Part shown: positions 50,279 to 61,785 of the stretch, one piece after another | Layout of the letters: every line of letters begins with the position of its first letter | Position numbering within the stretch: position 1 is the first letter of the stretch | IMG/VR virus record: IMGVR_UViG_3300035698_029580 | Reading direction: 5' to 3' (one strand) | Source of the DNA: a virus | Taxonomy: Duplodnaviria; Caudoviricetes | DNA length: 64,000 bases | The notes under the pieces: generated by a model | The model's database searches: none | The model's input: the letters and a program-made list of their open reading frames with translations, nothing else | What the model was told of the DNA's origin: nothing | Made by a program: the position numbers and the translations under genes

Positions 50279-50605
50279 GTGTTTATTATATAAAGGCTTA
50301 TGAAAATATTGATTATTTTTGCTTTTTTAAGGAATTTGTGCTATAATTAAGAGGAAGTTGAAGTCATACTAATATGTGAGAAGTACAATGTTTGAAATAA
50401 TATTAATTTGGGTATTCGTGTGGATAGTTGGAGCAAGAATACTAACTGACTTACTATTAAAAAGTGGGTTGATAGAAAAATATATAATTTTACCTCATAA
50501 ACAAAAAACATTATTAATTAGTGTATTTTTATTGATTATGTTTGTTCCCTTAGTTCTTTATGAATGTGTTACAGAATTGCTGTCAGTTGACTAACTATTT
50601 TTTAA

Positions 50606-50633
50606 GTGCCCGTCTCGGAGACGTGGTGGAAAC
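50606..50633 (+). repeat. solitary CRISPR-repeat-like hairpin upstream of cas6
   Basis: GTGCCCGTCTCGGAGACGTGGTGGAAAC: CGTCT/AGACG stem and GAAAC end; single copy. Confidence 0.35.
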
Positions 50634-50668
50634 CTCTAACGGAGTAGATGTAATAATGGAGAAAACTG

Positions 50669-51316
50669 ATGTACTTGGATGTGTGTTTCAAATTACAGGC
50701 TGATTTTATTGCACTAAATCATAATTATCAATTATGGGAGGCTCTTGCTGAAAAGTTTGCTTTTCTCAGATATGATGAAGGTAAAACAATTGGTATTGAC
50801 TCTATCAATGGAAAAGCAATAAAATCAGGGAATGGCAGTGGAAATGGAGTAGATACTTTGGAAATTACTTCTCGTTCTATCTTGAGAATAAGGACTCCTA
50901 TTCAACATGTTAATCCTTTTCTTGAAATGTGTGATACTCAATTCCAAATTGATGATGATTTGCTTGAGATTTATAATCCTCACGTATATCCACTTAATCC
51001 TTCCTGGGCACTATGGGGTCGTATGATAGCTTATAGAGGCATAATGGACCCAGAAGGTGTATTAGAGGCAGTGAGAATGGAACTAAATAATATGGGGATT
51101 TCTTCAGATGTTCAGTTGAAGATACCTACTTATGAAGATTCAGGTGCTCCTAAATTGAGCTTTCTGATGATACAAGATAAGAAGATAGTAGGTTTTCCCA
51201 TGTATATTTATGAATTAAATAATGAAGATTCTATGAAGGTTCAAACTCATGGAGTCGGTGATTTTCATCACTTAGGTTGCGGAATATTTTTGCCAGAAGT
51301 AAAAAAAATTAGTTAG
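50669..51316 (+). CDS. cas6: orphan Cas6 (type I-MYXAN/Cmx6-like)
   Basis: DVCF...NHNYQL, GIDSING, SILRIR, C-terminal Gly-rich loop GVGDFHHLGCGIFLP. Confidence 0.78.
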   Translation: MYLDVCFKLQADFIALNHNYQLWEALAEKFAFLRYDEGKTIGIDSINGKAIKSGNGSGNGVDTLEITSRSILRIRTPIQHVNPFLEMCDTQFQIDDDLLEIYNPHVYPLNPSWALWGRMIAYRGIMDPEGVLEAVRMELNNMGISSDVQLKIPTYEDSGAPKLSFLMIQDKKIVGFPMYIYELNNEDSMKVQTHGVGDFHHLGCGIFLPEVKKIS

Positions 51317-51323
51317 GAATAAA

Positions 51324-51710
51324 ATGTTAAAAATAGGATTAGATTTTGATAATACAATTACTGCTTCCCTGGAAAGTCTGAGGTTCTTTCAAATGCTTAC
51401 TAAGGCTTTTAAAGGACAAGCAGAAATTCATATTATTACAGGAAGAGAAGTTATAGGAAAATCTAGAAAAGAAACAATAGAAGAATTAAAATTACTAGAT
51501 ATTCATTATGATTATTTGGAGATGACATGGGATAAAAAATACTATATAATGAAAAATGGAATTACTGTTTATTTTGATGATATGGACGAATTTTTAATTG
51601 ATTTGCCTGAATCTGTAGCTGTTTTTAAAGTTAGAGAACAGTATAATTTTAATTTTACTAGTAAACAATGGCTTTATAGTGATAAAACTGGAGCAAAATT
51701 AAAAGGATAA
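51324..51710 (+). CDS. HAD-superfamily protein
   Basis: GLDFDNT, IITGR, YFDD motifs. Confidence 0.75.
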   Translation: MLKIGLDFDNTITASLESLRFFQMLTKAFKGQAEIHIITGREVIGKSRKETIEELKLLDIHYDYLEMTWDKKYYIMKNGITVYFDDMDEFLIDLPESVAVFKVREQYNFNFTSKQWLYSDKTGAKLKG

Positions 51711-51736
51711 TAAGTGTAATTATTTAAATAAATAAA

Positions 51737-52231
51737 ATGAACTGGTATATCCAAGCACAATTAAATATACATGGAGAACCATTAGAATTTCAAGATAGAA
51801 CAGATGTTCCGTTTTATGATGATATGTTATCCGAAAAAGAATTGGATTGGTACGATCATACAACTAGACAACATAAAGTTGGTCCAAAAAAACAGTATAT
51901 GAAAGAAGTTAAAAATAGGACAGCAGATATTCAATGGATGAGTCCTGATGAGTATATAAATAAATGTGCAGAAGGTTTTTATGAATACTCTGATCCACGA
52001 ATAAAAGAAAAATTTCAAAATGTTTCTGAATATAAGGAATGGATTCTTAATACTAAACAAGAAGATTTAATTAGAGGATATTCAGATAGATGGATAAATG
52101 GAGAAAAACCTCCAATGGTTTATTTGACGTATAAAGATGGTGAATTTTATGGGCAAGAAGGATTACATAGAGCAATTATGGCAAAAAGACTTGGATTAGA
52201 AAAGATACCTGTATTGGTGGCTAATGAATGA
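51737..52231 (+). CDS. MNWY-tagged ParB/Srx-like protein
   Basis: MSPDEY...QEGLHRAIMAKRLGLEKIPV. Confidence 0.6.
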   Translation: MNWYIQAQLNIHGEPLEFQDRTDVPFYDDMLSEKELDWYDHTTRQHKVGPKKQYMKEVKNRTADIQWMSPDEYINKCAEGFYEYSDPRIKEKFQNVSEYKEWILNTKQEDLIRGYSDRWINGEKPPMVYLTYKDGEFYGQEGLHRAIMAKRLGLEKIPVLVANE

Positions 52232-52533
52232 ACTGGTATAAAACATCACAATCGTATAATACAGAAGAAGTATCTCTCGAGTGGTTAACTCGTCATAAAA
52301 TTCCTATGGAAGGAAATAAATATGTTTTATATCATGGAAGTCCTAAAAATAATAATCTAACTGAATTAAGAAGTCAGTCTCTTTTAGCGGAAGATCAAAA
52401 AGATGCTCGTTTCTTTGCTGCTAGAGATAGGGGACTTCAGCCAGAAGATATAGTAGTTTATAAAATATTAGTAGAACCATCAGATATAAATGCGGGTGTT
52501 TTTGCGTCATTAAATAGAATTTATAAATTATGA
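52228..52533 (+). CDS. MNWY-tagged small protein, possibly ADP-ribosyltransferase-like
   Basis: VLYHGSP...LAED...A..FA. Confidence 0.45.
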   Translation: MNWYKTSQSYNTEEVSLEWLTRHKIPMEGNKYVLYHGSPKNNNLTELRSQSLLAEDQKDARFFAARDRGLQPEDIVVYKILVEPSDINAGVFASLNRIYKL

Positions 52534-53126
52534 ACTGGTATAAAAAAGCACAAACTACAGATAAACGATGGCAATATGACGAAGATACTATGCTTGATTA
52601 CTATGAGAGACAGAATGAAATCATGATGGAACAGGTTCAAAATTTCAATTATTCAAAACCTGGAGATCGTCAGCCATGGAGGTTAATACCACTGCCAAGA
52701 TTAAAAAAAATATGGGCAGATTATGTTAGAATGGGATTTGTGAGGGATGAACGAGGCATCTCACTTATTGAAAATATTATAATAGAAAATGTAAGAAAAA
52801 TTGAAGCGAATACAATTCTTATGGGTCATACATCTCATAGAGTTGAAGATATGTGAAATGATTATGAAATGACAATGAATGAAACAAATGAGCATGATTT
52901 TTCCGATTGGGCGGTTGATGATAAGGGAAGTTGGAGAATTTCTGATTATGCTCTAGGCAATCTTGTCAATGGAACTCTAGAACTTATGCAAGCAAAAACT
53001 CCCGAAGAGAAGTTGCAAAAAATAGATTTTATTCTTAATGTAGTTCATCAGAGATCAGACATTGCTTCTTGGTTCGTAGAAGGAGGAATTGGAGGATTAG
53101 ATGAATTGAGTAATCAACAGATATGA
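52530..53126 (+). pseudogene. MNWY-tagged gene interrupted by an in-frame TGA (52854-52856)
   Basis: ORFs 52530-52856 and 52869-53126 are in the same frame, joined by TGA AAT GAT TAT GAA. Confidence 0.6.
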
Positions 53127-53704
53127 ACTGGTATAAACAAGCACAAACTACAGATACCCTAGATTATTTTGCTGAATTAGATATCTTTCCTGATATTGAA
53201 AAGACAAATAGTCTTATTGAAGAAAAGGTCAATGCTAAAATATTGGGAGAAATAGGTAGAGGAGATAATGGCATAGCATATGACATGAGCAATGGAGATG
53301 TTCTTAAAATAACTACAAATTCTCAAGAATATAAAGTTGCTATTTATCTTATACAAAATCCAAATAAATATATTGCTGAGTATAAACAGGCTTGGCAAGA
53401 CGGAGATTTATATTTTATTGTAATAGAAAAATTAAAAGATATGGTAGTAAATCACCCTACAATTAAATCGTATTTTTTAGATTTGGTGCAAATAGCCAAA
53501 CAGAAATCCTGTTATAATCAATTTTGTTTCTTAGATATATTAGAAAATAATCCTTATATTAATTCTCATCCATATACACCAATAGTAAAAAATTATTTGG
53601 ACCATTTATCTGGAATTTCTTCTCTTAGATTATTTGATATAATTAATCCGGCTAATATCGGCATATCACAAGATGACCAATTAAAGTTTTTTGATATAAA
53701 TTAG
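53123..53704 (+). CDS. MNWY-tagged protein kinase-like protein
   Basis: IGRGDNGIAY, VLKIT..QE, D....NIG, KFFD. Confidence 0.65.
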   Translation: MNWYKQAQTTDTLDYFAELDIFPDIEKTNSLIEEKVNAKILGEIGRGDNGIAYDMSNGDVLKITTNSQEYKVAIYLIQNPNKYIAEYKQAWQDGDLYFIVIEKLKDMVVNHPTIKSYFLDLVQIAKQKSCYNQFCFLDILENNPYINSHPYTPIVKNYLDHLSGISSLRLFDIINPANIGISQDDQLKFFDIN

Positions 53705-54917
53705 GACCAATAATGAAATACGATAAATCTAATTTTGAAGAAGAATATGCTACATCTATGGCTTTCTGGGGTCATTTGAAAATTCCAACAATGGCGGCAA
53801 TAGAGTCTTATGTGTATGTTCTTGCAAAGTATAATAATAAAGAGACAAAGAATATTGTTGCCTGTGGCAATCGTCTCAAATTCACATGTATACATTGTTT
53901 AAGAAATTTTCATGAATGGGATGAAAAACTTTTACAGGAATTTAGTGATATTTTTAATATTTTTATTAAATATTTAAAGTCTCCAGAAAAAATAAAGGAA
54001 ACTGAGAAAAATATGAAAGAAGCTTCTGTGTGGGGAGAAAGAATGGTAAACTGTCTAATATCAGAGAAAAATCCTTATAAAATTGCTGTTATTTTTTATA
54101 GTGGCTTGAAGGGTTGTAGTGTTTCTTTGGAAGAATTAAAAAATAAATATAAGGAAAAAAGTGGAAATATCGGTTCTTTGATTAAAAATCTGATGCTCGG
54201 TTTCAAAATGGAGGGATGGGAAAAAGAATCTATAGATGAATTTCAAAAACACCTGGATACACTAGTGTTGGGAGAATAATTACAATATTTTTTGAGATGT
54301 GTCGTGCAAGATGTTTTTTCAACTCACGATTCATGGATGATGGCAGTTTTTGTTTATCACTTAGTGAAACAAAATCAGTCAACCTATAGTAATGAAAAAC
54401 TTAGAATATTAGTATACTTATATTCTAAAATTCTTGAAGTGAAGCATTGGAAGAAAAAAGAAATAGAACAGTTTGAGAAGAAGTTTTTGACGATGGCAAT
54501 AAGATGAACTACCCATTCTTTCGTATAAAATGTGGTAAGGAAGCACTATGAGTAATATAATAAAATTAGGAGATGTTATATTAATTTATCAATTTCCTGT
54601 TGAAAAATCTCTTATTGTTTTGGTAGAAGATATAAATGGACCAACTATAAACACTTATGTTCTAAAACCGGAAACACATAAAAAAAAGAAAAAATTAACT
54701 ATTCAAAAAAAGAATGGGCATTTTATGCCTATTTCTTTTGATCCTTCTCTTCTTCGATATATTCCTGGACATGGATTAGCATTAACAATTCTCAATGAAA
54801 TACAAATTGAACAACTGCTATCTGTTAAACAACTAAAAGAATTAAAAAAGATAGAAAAATTTATAGATGACGATGTGGATTTATTTGCCTAAAATTTCCT
54901 ATTAATAGGAGAAAATC

Positions 54918-55232
54918 ATGGTTAAATATGTTGGCAACAAAGTAGAAAACAGTAGTATTCCTTTAATAATCAATGTTGTTAATAAAGATAAAAAGTACAA
55001 ATTGAGACATGTTATTAGGCATAGTCCTACTGGATTTCAATGGGGTTATGAAGGTTCTGGTCCTGCTGATACATCTTTATCTATTCTTGTAGATTTTTGT
55101 CAAAGAAAAAAATTGGATATAAAAATAGCAGAAGATAATTATATGGATTTTAAACGGGATTTCATTTCTCAGCAAGAAAAAATATTAAAAATTACTGATA
55201 GAGAAATTGAAAATTGGCTAAAAAATAAATAA
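54918..55232 (+). CDS. DUF6166-like protein
   Basis: HSPTGFQWGYEGSGPA. Confidence 0.75.
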   Translation: MVKYVGNKVENSSIPLIINVVNKDKKYKLRHVIRHSPTGFQWGYEGSGPADTSLSILVDFCQRKKLDIKIAEDNYMDFKRDFISQQEKILKITDREIENWLKNK

Positions 55233-58200
55233 AGTGATTTTCGAGGATAATAAATCAATTACAGAAAATTGTAAAGAAAAATTATAATGAATAATTACGA
55301 GGACTTAGAATATAATTTCTCTAATAGAGATAAAATAAGAGAACCTAAAAAAAATTTGTTTTATTGTGATTGTGATTGTAATATGGTCGGCAGATGGAAA
55401 AAATGTGAAATTTGCGGGAAAAGAATGGGAAATAAATGCTTGAAAAAACCATCACCAAAACAATAGAAAGAAGAAAATTAATATGTTAAAAATAACAAAG
55501 ATTATTATGTGGTTGATTGTATTATTTTTTTCAATTTGGTTTATACAAAAATTTGTTTGGTTGCTTTTGATAATTATTTCTGTGTGGGCTCTAATAAGAC
55601 TCTTTAAAGAAAATAAGAAAATAATCCCTTATAAAGAAGAAGAAAAATATGGAAGATGATACTATTTTAGAAATTTTGCGGCTAAAAGACAAAATAAAAA
55701 AAATTGAAACAGAAAATAATGAATGGAAAAAAATTGAAACAGAAAATAATGAATGGAAAAAACTTGTTAATGAGGCAGAAGAAGCAGCAGGATTAGAAAC
55801 TAAAGCAATTTCACCAAAATCTAGAAATATAATAGATTTTATTCTCCATCTTAAAAGAGGTCACGATAATTGGAATGATATAAAATCTCGTGTAGATGTA
55901 ACCGCTGATGGTGTGTTTGTTTTTATTGATGATAAAGTGTGGCTTCCTGCAACAGATAAACATAAGGAAATTGAAGGTACAGTTGGCTTTTCCAGACAAA
56001 AAAATGCTTTAGTAGCAGAGTTTGGATGGATTGATGGAGTTTCCGAATCATTGAAAAGTTCAGTAAAATATAATATCTCTAAATGCTATTCTAAGAAGAA
56101 CTCAAAAAAAGAATAGAAGATATTTTGATTTTAAGAAGTAGTAATATCTTAACAAAAAATTATGGGGGATTGGATATGCATATAGAAAATGTTATGGATA
56201 AGTTGCTAGGTATTTTGGTAGCAATCTGTATATTTGTTTTTACAATAGCTACAGTCAATTGGGTGTTGCAAGAAAAAATTCGCCCAGAAATAAAGTTCTC
56301 AGAAGGAGATATAGTAAAAATTGTTGATACTGATAAAATAGTACAAATAGTAGGAAAACCTATTTGGAAATTATCATGGAATGAAAGATATTGGCTCTAT
56401 TATTGTAAAATTATAGAAAAAAATCCAAATACCACAGATTATGAAGAACAATTTATATCACGATATGTCTATAAAGAAGAATATGAATTAAGAGAATTTG
56501 ATTAAAAATTTCCGGAGGAAAATAAATGACGTATAAAAAAAATGAAATGATAGAAAATGCCTTTTATGCTATAAACGGAAAAGATTGGAATAGAAAAAAC
56601 TGTCAATGTGACCCTGATGTTGGAATGGCACCATGTCAATATTGTGCAATGTTCAACTAGAACTTAAAATTATGATAATTTGTAAAAATTGTAAATTCTT
56701 CAAATCTCAAAAAGAAAATCCTCAACAAAAATTTGTTGAAGTAAATTCTCAATCAACTAACTTTGTTATTGTTAAAAAAATTAAAATGTGTCAACATTTT
56801 ATCTGCTTTAAATATTCCCAAAAAGATGATGTAGCTTACGGCCCCTACGAAATAAAAGAACGAATTCAAGGACAAGCTCAACTTAATAAAGATTATAAAT
56901 GTAAATATTTTAAAAAATTATGGTGGAAATTTTGGGAGAAATGCAATATGATATCTCAGGAGAAGAAATTTAATATATAAATTATGAATTTAAATCTAGA
57001 AACTATTATTACTATTATTAGTGTTCTTTTTTGGATATTTTTGTTTTGTAAAATTCTATAAATCATTTGTCCGTAATGGGTTATAAAAAATAGTCCCATT
57101 AGATTTTTCATTTTACAAGTGATTTTTTTTGCGGTAGAAAAGATAATACACATAGAACCAAGTAAATTAAAAAATCAGAAATAAAGGAGATGTGATGGCG
57201 GCTGCACACGGACAAATGAAATGTAAGATATATCCAAGTGCCTTCTCTGGCGAAGTGGTTTTTCAGGTTGACACAGTGGACGGGCAAAGTTTTGAAGGCA
57301 TAGCCCCAAAGCACTATGTTGCGTCCATCACTCAACCAATAAAGGATGTCTCAGACGGGCAACTTAAAGAGGGCGTAGATGGACAACTTAAAGTACGAGT
57401 CTTAAGCAATAAAAGAAAAATAACTAGGGTGAGGTTGCCTGATGAGCAAATTTTGAATGTTTCAGCAGATAAGGTTGTTCTGTTGGTGAACAAGACATAG
57501 AGAAAAAGGTAATGTAATGACTGAAAACAGAAAATTTATAAATCGTTTTCTTACTCTTTCTCATGTTTATAAATTAACAATTGCCAAGCAATTAAATTTA
57601 ATGCCTGATAAACATGAAGATATGAATGATATGGAACTTTATTATAATATTTTGAACCGGGCAAAAGACAAGGGAGTACTAGCGGATTTATGGGATGCTG
57701 TTGAAAAAGCACATCGGAATGACGATACTGGGGACAATCCTTTTAGAAAAAGTATAGCAAATATAGAGGAAAAAGAAGATAATATAATGAGCAAGGATCC
57801 ACAAAATTTTAGTGCTGAGGAACAAGCCTACTGGGAAGGTCGTGCTGAAGAAAAATATCTTCGAGATAAAGAAATTCAGGAATTAAAGGAAGAATCAGAA
57901 GAATCGGATCGGTTGAGAGAAGTAATGGGGGACATATTAACGAGAATAGCTAATGTTTTCAAAGGTCCACCTCCAAAACTCACAATATGGAGTTGGCACG
58001 ACTTGCCCGAACTATGTGCAAAATTAAAAGATCTAGAGGAGAAGAAGGAATAGATGTTATGAAATGTGAAAAATGTGGTGCTCCTGTCTCAGTAAAAGTT
58101 TTCTGCGGTTCTCCAAGATATGACGATGACCATTTAACTGAATTAAAAAAAGAAAATACCAAGTTGCAGAATAGACTTGATAAATATACTTCCAAAAAAG

Positions 58201-59791
58201 ATATTATCTGTCCTTTCTGCGGAGAAGGTGATTTCGACCTGATCGGACTAAAACATCACTTGAATGCTTATTGCGATAATTATCAAAAGATTCAACCCTT
58301 GAAATGAAAGGATAAAATGTCAACTTTTAAAAAACATTGTGATGAATGCCTTATTGAATTAGGAGAAGAATTTCAAGAAGTACATCTTTGGCTGGATGAA
58401 TTCTTTAAAGAACAAGGGCCTAAACATAGAAATATAAGACATCATGAAGAGGGAGTAGAAGAAATAAGAGAGAAGTGGGGAGACAAAGCAGCAGAAGCAG
58501 CCATTTTGCATATTAAAGCAGATTGTAAAGGTATAATTCCTACGATGAAACAAATTAAATTATGGTCATTATTTAGTTAAAAAAATAAAATGTTAGATAA
58601 AAATAATACTCTATATACTTCAATTTCCTATAGAACCTGTCCATGCTCCATGACTTTTAATACCATAGCAGAAGAATATAATTTTAATACAGAAAATATA
58701 GAAATAAGAGTTAGGGTAAAGAAAAAAATTTGGACAACTAATAGAAAATGTATAGAATTAAGATATGCACCTAGAAATCCTAAAATATTCTCATCAAAAG
58801 AAGATACTAGAACTGATATATAAAAGGATAACAAAATGTTCAGTACTCTAACATCTCGAGCCAAATGTACAAATTGTAATAAAATATTTTTTGAAGGAAA
58901 TGGATGGAATGATTTTCTTATAATGGAAGATGGTAAAACAGTTTCACCTCTTCCTCATCCTGGAGATTGTTTTTGGAGAATTGGGAGAGCCAGAGAATTA
59001 GGTTTTACTCATAATTTTAAAGAAGAAGATTATAAAGATAATCCTCCAGATATATATGGGGATATATTTAAAGCTGCTGATGAATTTTTAAAAGAAAAAG
59101 AAATATACGGTATTGTTTATTTAGGTTATAATTTTGATACTAAAATGGCTGAATATCATATGTTATCAAAATTTCCAGATAAATTTGTTTTTCGAAAAGA
59201 CATAGAAAATTGTAGTTGTGATAATTGTTCTGAAGGAAAAATAGAGGTTAGTATGGTCCCAGAAAAATGTTTCTTTTCTCCAATATAAAATACTGATTTT
59301 TAATTAATTGTGATAAGGTATTTGTTATTATGATTATAAGCCTTATTTGACTAGAAACGAAGATTTTTTATTTTTTAACCTTATAATTAAAGAATTATTA
59401 TGAAAACAGTTATTTTTGATAATTATGATGAAACAGTTATTCCTTTTGAAAATGTAGAAGCAGGATGTGTATATGTTATTGTACACCAATTCTATCTTTA
59501 TATTCTTAGGAAAATTGAGTTTGAAAACAAATTTCCTGTCTGGACATGGATAGCTCTCGAACACTCCTCTCAAGATTTTAGAGAAGCAAACTCCGAAAAA
59601 GATTTTCCTAATCACAACTTCCTAGAAGAAGAGTCCTTTTACGAAATTATTAAAGAAACACATGATAAAGGATATAATATCTTCCAGTTCGATGATTTTA
59701 GAGATGTGGTATATGAATTTTCTGAGTTAGAAAATGCTGCCGAATTAGAAAATAAAAAAATAATTGATAAAATGAATAAGAAAGGAAAATA

Positions 59792-59989
59792 ATGGATAAA
59801 AAATGTACCTGCCATGACAAACATATTTGTACTACTAATGCTAACCTCTTTGGTAAAAAACCCATCCCCCTAGCCTCTCCCGTTACCCCTAGAAATAATC
59901 TTGGAAGAAATGATAAATGCCCCTGTAATTCAGGTAAAAAATATAAAAATTGCTGCCTTAATAAACCCTCTATATTAGAAAATAAGTAA
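59792..59989 (+). CDS. SEC-C motif protein
   Basis: [18 protein letters not shown]. Confidence 0.88.
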   Translation: MDKKCTCHDKHICTTNANLFGKKPIPLASPVTPRNNLGRNDKCPCNSGKKYKNCCLNKPSILENK

Positions 59990-61089
59990 TGACAGACCAA
60001 ATAATTAAATGCGATAATTGCGGAAATGAAATAAAAATAGAAGAAGCTCTGACTAAACAAATAAAAGCATCTCTAAATAATGACTTCGATAAAAAAGTAG
60101 CAGAAAAAACTAAACAAATTGTTTCAGAACAAACTAAAGAACTACAAGATGAAATAAATGAAAAAAATACTAGATTACTAAATGCTAATAAAAAAGAATT
60201 AGAACTCCTTAAAAGACAAAGACAAATTGAAGAAAAAACACAAAATTTAGAATTAGAAGTTGAAAGGAAATTAGCCTCAGAAAGAAAAAGAATATTCGAT
60301 GAAATATCACAAAAATCAGCAGAAGAAAATATGCTGAAAATGAGAGAAAAAGATGATCAATTTGCAGCTATGAAAAAACAAATTGATGAACTTAAAAGAA
60401 AAGCAGAAGTGGGCTCCCAAGAAGCTCAAGGTGAAGCATTAGAAGGTGCTCTAAAAGATAACCTCCAACATATTTTCCCCTATGACCAAATAACAGAAAT
60501 AAAGAGAGGTATCAAAGGAGCCGATGTATTACAAAAAGTCTTTCATAATAATAAAGAATGTGGCTCTATCCTCTGGGAAGCAAAAAATACTAAAGAATTC
60601 CAAAAAAAATGGATAGATAAACTGAAACAAGACCAACAAGATGCTAAGGCAGATATAGCAGTTATTATCTCCATCGTCCTACCTAAAGAAATTAAGAATT
60701 TCGACAAACAAAATGATATATGGATAACTGATTATAAATCGACTATAGGACTAGCAACTGCTCTAAGACAAACTCTTATAATGGTTACTAAAGAAAAAAC
60801 TAGAATTAAATATCAAAATAGTATGAAAGATGTTGTCTATGAATATATCACTGGTAATGAATTTTCCATGAGAATTAAACAAATTGTTGCCGCCTATGTG
60901 GAAATGCAAAGCGATATAGAAACAGAAAAAAGATCCCTAAATAGAATATGGGCAAAAAGAGAAAAACAAAATACCCTAGTACTTGAAAATCTTAGCGGTA
61001 TAAGAGGAGAAATAGAAGGTATGGTGGGCGGACAAAAATCCTTGCCGGAAATTAATAATCTTTTATTAATAGAACCAGAGGAGAATTAA
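59989..61089 (+). CDS. DUF2130-family coiled-coil protein
   Basis: IKCDNCG, GSQEAQGEALE, FPYD.I.EI..G..GAD, ILWEAKNTK, WIDKLKQDQ. Confidence 0.88.
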   Translation: MTDQIIKCDNCGNEIKIEEALTKQIKASLNNDFDKKVAEKTKQIVSEQTKELQDEINEKNTRLLNANKKELELLKRQRQIEEKTQNLELEVERKLASERKRIFDEISQKSAEENMLKMREKDDQFAAMKKQIDELKRKAEVGSQEAQGEALEGALKDNLQHIFPYDQITEIKRGIKGADVLQKVFHNNKECGSILWEAKNTKEFQKKWIDKLKQDQQDAKADIAVIISIVLPKEIKNFDKQNDIWITDYKSTIGLATALRQTLIMVTKEKTRIKYQNSMKDVVYEYITGNEFSMRIKQIVAAYVEMQSDIETEKRSLNRIWAKREKQNTLVLENLSGIRGEIEGMVGGQKSLPEINNLLLIEPEEN

Positions 61090-61090
61090 A

Positions 61091-61774
61091 ATGAAAAAAT
61101 TAATATGTTATGAAGATGCTATTACTTTTGATAATATAACTTCTAATGATTATATTGTGGCAGTCATAAAAAGTATAAAATATTCCATTAAAAAAGATAT
61201 ATTAGTAGGAAGATTAAGGGCTGATAATGTACTTGTCTTTATAAATGTTGTGACAGTCTCTGATGATAAGTTTTATTATTATACTCTTAATGAGGGTAGT
61301 AATTTTGAGTATTCTAATTATGATATTTATGTTTTCTCTAATGAACAAGAATATTTTAGATTTCTGGCCGAGAAATTAAATTCTCTTGCTGTTGATTTTG
61401 ATGTAGAATATGGACCAACAGAAGAATAAAATGAGTAATTATGGAAAAAGATAATATAAACCCTACCATGAAAGGTAATTAAAATGGAAAAATTAGTGTC
61501 AGACAAAAAAGATTTGGAAAATGGACTCCTTATAGTGGCTGTCGAAAAAAATAACAAAGATATCCTTAGCGGAAAAGTAGTAGACCAAGATATGTATTTT
61601 GTCGATGTTCTAAATCCTCTGAAATCCGTTTTTTGTAAAATAAAAAATACCGTTCTAGATGATTATAATATATATGCCTTCAATAATGAAAAAGAATACC
61701 TTAGATTTCTAAGTGAAAAGTTAAATTCTTTTGCTCTTGATTTTGATGTAGAACATGGACCAACAGAAGAATAA
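61091..61774 (+). other. tandem paralogous ORFs 61091-61429 and 61484-61774
   Basis: shared C-terminus Y.IY.F.NE.EY.RFL.EKLNS...DFDVE.GPTEE and duplicated downstream sequence. Confidence 0.75.
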
Positions 61775-61785
61775 AATGAGTAATT

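Noticed and set aside
55698-55762. 30-bp tandem repeat (KKIETENNEW twice)
   Set aside because: Simple in-frame duplication in a coiled coil with no evidence of a special function.
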